64,000 nucleotides of DNA. Origin: Minisyncoccota bacterium. GTDB taxonomy: Bacteria; Patescibacteriota; Minisyncoccia; Minisyncoccales; RBG-13-42-11. Below the pieces are notes generated by a model. That model was not told the origin of the DNA and did no database searches. It worked only from the letters and a program-made list of their open reading frames with translations. The stretch is taken from positions 11,128 to 75,127 of the forward strand of contig JADHYE010000001.1 in the NCBI GenBank assembly GCA_016782605.1, written 5' to 3'. The position numbers were made by a program, and so were the translations under genes. This document shows positions 61,666 to 64,000 of this stretch, piece after piece; positions within the stretch are counted from its first letter, which is position 1; the number at the start of each line of letters is the position of its first letter.

Positions 61666-62177
61666 TAGCTGTATCTGTCAGCTACTGATGAAGCAGCGAA
61701 AGATTCCGGCTTGATTTTCGGCTCAAAACCGTTCCCTTTTATCAAACCGGTAACCTCTTTAATCATGTCCCTAGTTTTTCCGTTCTCACCGACATCGGCA
61801 TGAATGTAGCGAAACTGATAGTTAAGATTTGCTTTTCCGGGCTTTTGAATCACCTTTTCAAAGCTTTCTCTCAGATATAAAGCAAATTGGCAGGAAAGAT
61901 AAACTTCTTCTAAAATTCTCTGTTTCCAGTTATAGAAAATCCTTCCTTTATAATCTATCTTTTTAAGAAAAAATCTGCCCCCCTCGCCCACTCTCAAAAC
62001 AACTACTGCCAAAGGAAAATGCGGCTCTGTACCGGAGGAGGAATCGCAACCAACGATAACATCGTAAAACTTTTCAGGTTTTTCGGAAATATAATTAATT
62101 ATCTCCTCAAGCACCTTCTCAATCTTAAGATCGCCCTTGGTCGGATTAAAAAAATAGCCGTTTAGAATCTTATCCAT
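61665..62177 (-). CDS. hypothetical protein (possibly YkuK/DUF458-like RNase H-fold; weak)
   Basis: 170 aa; VIVGCDSS motif; assignment uncertain. Confidence 0.35.
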   Translation of the reverse strand: MDKILNGYFFNPTKGDLKIEKVLEEIINYISEKPEKFYDVIVGCDSSSGTEPHFPLAVVVLRVGEGGRFFLKKIDYKGRIFYNWKQRILEEVYLSCQFALYLRESFEKVIQKPGKANLNYQFRYIHADVGENGKTRDMIKEVTGLIKGNGFEPKIKPESFAASSVADRYS

Positions 62178-62215
62178 AATTTAATGGTTAAAAATAACAA
62201 AAATACCCAATAAGG

Positions 62216-62947
62216 TCAACTTTTCCTCACGCTCTCAATAAAGTCTTTGGCGTTCAGAGAGGCTGCGCCGATTAAAGCGCCGTTTATACCATCAACAGCA
62301 ACAAACTCTTGAATGTTCCTGCTGTTTACGCTCCCGCCGTACAATATCCTCAATTTCTGAGCAATATTTTTACCAAATAATTTAAACAAATTCTCCCGAA
62401 TAAAAGCTGCTCCTTGTTCAGCTTGTTTTGGAGTAGCTACTTTTCCTCCTTTTGTCGTACTTATCGCCCAAACAGGCTCGTAAACAACAACTAAATTCTT
62501 AACCTCATTTTTATTAATTCCAGATAAAGCTATTTCTAGCTGTTTCTTGATTTCTTTGAATTCCTGCTTCTGATTCTTGCTCTTGCTACCAATACAAAGA
62601 ATTGGCTTCAAACCAGCTTTTAAAACCGCCTTTAATTTCCTATTAACTATTTCATCTGTCTCTTTCAGAACTTCTCTTCTCTTAGAATGGCCAAGAATGA
62701 CATATTTTACACCAATGCTTTTCAACATTAAAGGAGAAATTTCCCCGGTAAAAGGCCCTCCGCAACAAAAACAATCCTGGGCTCCCAGTTCCAAACCGGG
62801 ACTGAGAGAAGCAATATATAAAAAAGGAGGGCAGATAACCACCTCTGCTTTTTTAATGTTTTTTACCCCTTTAGCAACAGAATTAAAAAGCTTTTTAGCT
62901 TCTGTCAAACTTTTAGGGTTGCATTTCCAGTTTGCGACAATCAACAT
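62216..62947 (-). CDS. tpiA: triosephosphate isomerase
   Basis: 243 aa; N-terminal ANWKCN; active-site-like YEPVWAI. Confidence 0.9.
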   Translation of the reverse strand: MLIVANWKCNPKSLTEAKKLFNSVAKGVKNIKKAEVVICPPFLYIASLSPGLELGAQDCFCCGGPFTGEISPLMLKSIGVKYVILGHSKRREVLKETDEIVNRKLKAVLKAGLKPILCIGSKSKNQKQEFKEIKKQLEIALSGINKNEVKNLVVVYEPVWAISTTKGGKVATPKQAEQGAAFIRENLFKLFGKNIAQKLRILYGGSVNSRNIQEFVAVDGINGALIGAASLNAKDFIESVRKS

Positions 62948-62973
62948 AATCGTTGTTTTATTATAGAACTTTT

Positions 62974-63720
62974 TTAAGCTTCTGTTAATATTTTGCAGCC
63001 CTTTTCCGCTACAACAATAGTATGTTCAAAATGGCAGGATAAAGAATTATCAGCAGTTTTATAAGCGTGCCCGTCAGAAGCCAATTTGATTTTCCAGTCG
63101 CCTACGGCCAGCATCGGCTCAATGCAGAAAACCATTCCTTCTTTTATTTCAGGACCGCTCCTTCTTTTTCCGTAATTCAATATTTGCGGCTCTTCGTGAA
63201 CTTCTCTGCCAATTCCATGACCGCATAAGTCCTGTATAACGCTGAATCCCTGCGACTCAGCAAATCTCTGGATAGTATTGCCAATATCGCCAAAAGTATT
63301 GCCCGGCCTGACTTTTTTCAACCCTCTCTTTAAAGCTTTCTTCGTTGTGCGGATAAGCCTAGAAACTTCAGAGCTAACCTTGCCGACGGGCAAAGTCACT
63401 GCCATATCAGTATGAAAACCCTTATAAAGCATTCCTAAATCAAGGGAAATTATCTCTCCCTCTTTCAAGACACGATCTGAAGGAATAGCATGGACTATTT
63501 CCTCGTTTATCGAAGTACACAAACAATTAGGATAACCATCGTGTCCCTTAAAAGAACATTTTCCTCCGGATTTTAAAATCAGACTCTCGCTGAGCCTGTC
63601 TAATTCTTTAGTGGTAATTCCTGGCTTCACTTTCTTCTCCAACTCCTGCATAATCTTTGCCAGAATTTTACCGCCTGCTGCCATTATCTTAATTTCCTCT
63701 TTTGTTTTTATCGGAATCAT
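62974..63720 (-). CDS. map: methionine aminopeptidase type I
   Basis: 248 aa; metal-ligand pita-bread fold residues. Confidence 0.9.
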   Translation of the reverse strand: MIPIKTKEEIKIMAAGGKILAKIMQELEKKVKPGITTKELDRLSESLILKSGGKCSFKGHDGYPNCLCTSINEEIVHAIPSDRVLKEGEIISLDLGMLYKGFHTDMAVTLPVGKVSSEVSRLIRTTKKALKRGLKKVRPGNTFGDIGNTIQRFAESQGFSVIQDLCGHGIGREVHEEPQILNYGKRRSGPEIKEGMVFCIEPMLAVGDWKIKLASDGHAYKTADNSLSCHFEHTIVVAEKGCKILTEA

Positions 63721-63829
63721 TTACCAAGTTTTTATTTATAAGTTCGATGAGATGAATCTCATTTCTCGCTCAATTTATATTTATCTCTCAAACGCGAAAT
63801 GAAATAAATATTTCATTGAGCAAACGCAG

Positions 63830-63970
63830 GTGGAAAAGAAGCTTTAGCTTCTTTGACCAAGCCGAGCTTCCGAAAGAGTCAAAGAGATAAATCTCTTTTC
63901 CATCTTTGTTTTCGCTATGCGAAAACTTGATAAACGAAGATGAAGAAGAGGATTTGTCCTCTTCGCTTAC
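63830..63970 (+). repeat. two Family-3-type hairpin modules upstream of map, in plus orientation (GAAGCTTTAGCTTC, AAAGAGATAAATCTCTTT, GAAGAAGAGGATTTGTCCTCTTCGC)
   Basis: reverse-complement relatives of the rplJ/rplK leader hairpins at 3671-3727. Confidence 0.5.
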
Positions 63971-64000
63971 AGAGCTTTTAAAATATCTTTAAAAACATCT

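Noticed and set aside
1-64000. CRISPR array
   Set aside because: The repeats present are dispersed or inverted elements, and one 2x tandem. There is no series of regularly spaced direct repeats with unique spacers.

Overview
This window is a low-GC (roughly one-third GC by eye) stretch of dense housekeeping genes, nearly all on the minus strand. I infer a reduced genome of the candidate-phyla-radiation (Patescibacteria) type from several signs. Ribosomal proteins S9, S16 and L32 carry lysine-rich or C-terminal extensions, rpoA lacks a recognisable alpha-CTD, ThrRS and AlaRS are shortened, and several tRNAs do not encode CCA. Recognisable gene content: rplJ-rplL; a MacAB/HlyD-type ABC efflux trio; tRNA-Trp; rpmG (missed by the ORF track) with tRNA-Tyr and a tRNA-Thr-like gene; trmD, a KH protein, rpsP, rnc, nusB, rpmF, rnhB; dnaE-thrS; miaB-like and miaA; gatB, deoC-like, and a folate/thymidylate cluster (folD, glyA, folA, thyA, a dCMP-deaminase fusion); rplK, nusG, secE; gyrB; pheST; a PRTase; a tRNA-Asp/Met/fMet operon; gatCA; two mreB paralogs; proS, rseP, frr, holB; an MFS transporter and a TPR protein; a Cas4-like Fe-S nuclease next to rplM-rpsI; the alpha operon infA-rpmJ (also missed by the track)-rpsM-rpsK-rpsD-rpoA-rplQ; a short alaS, tpiA and map. 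The most unusual signal is non-coding. At least three sequence-unrelated families of miniature elements, each with terminal inverted repeats or paired hairpins, fill the spacers between co-directional genes. There are about 13 copies with inverted-repeat ends plus about 8 copies or partial copies of a hairpin-pair element. Each copy sits flush against the downstream gene's start codon and in a fixed orientation relative to that gene. Most are flanked by a 4-bp direct repeat (CATA, or TTCA), and some supply the upstream gene's stop codon or C-terminal codons. Three ribosomal-protein leaders (rplJ, rplK, rpsK) share near-identical sequence modules. No CRISPR array or rRNA gene is present.
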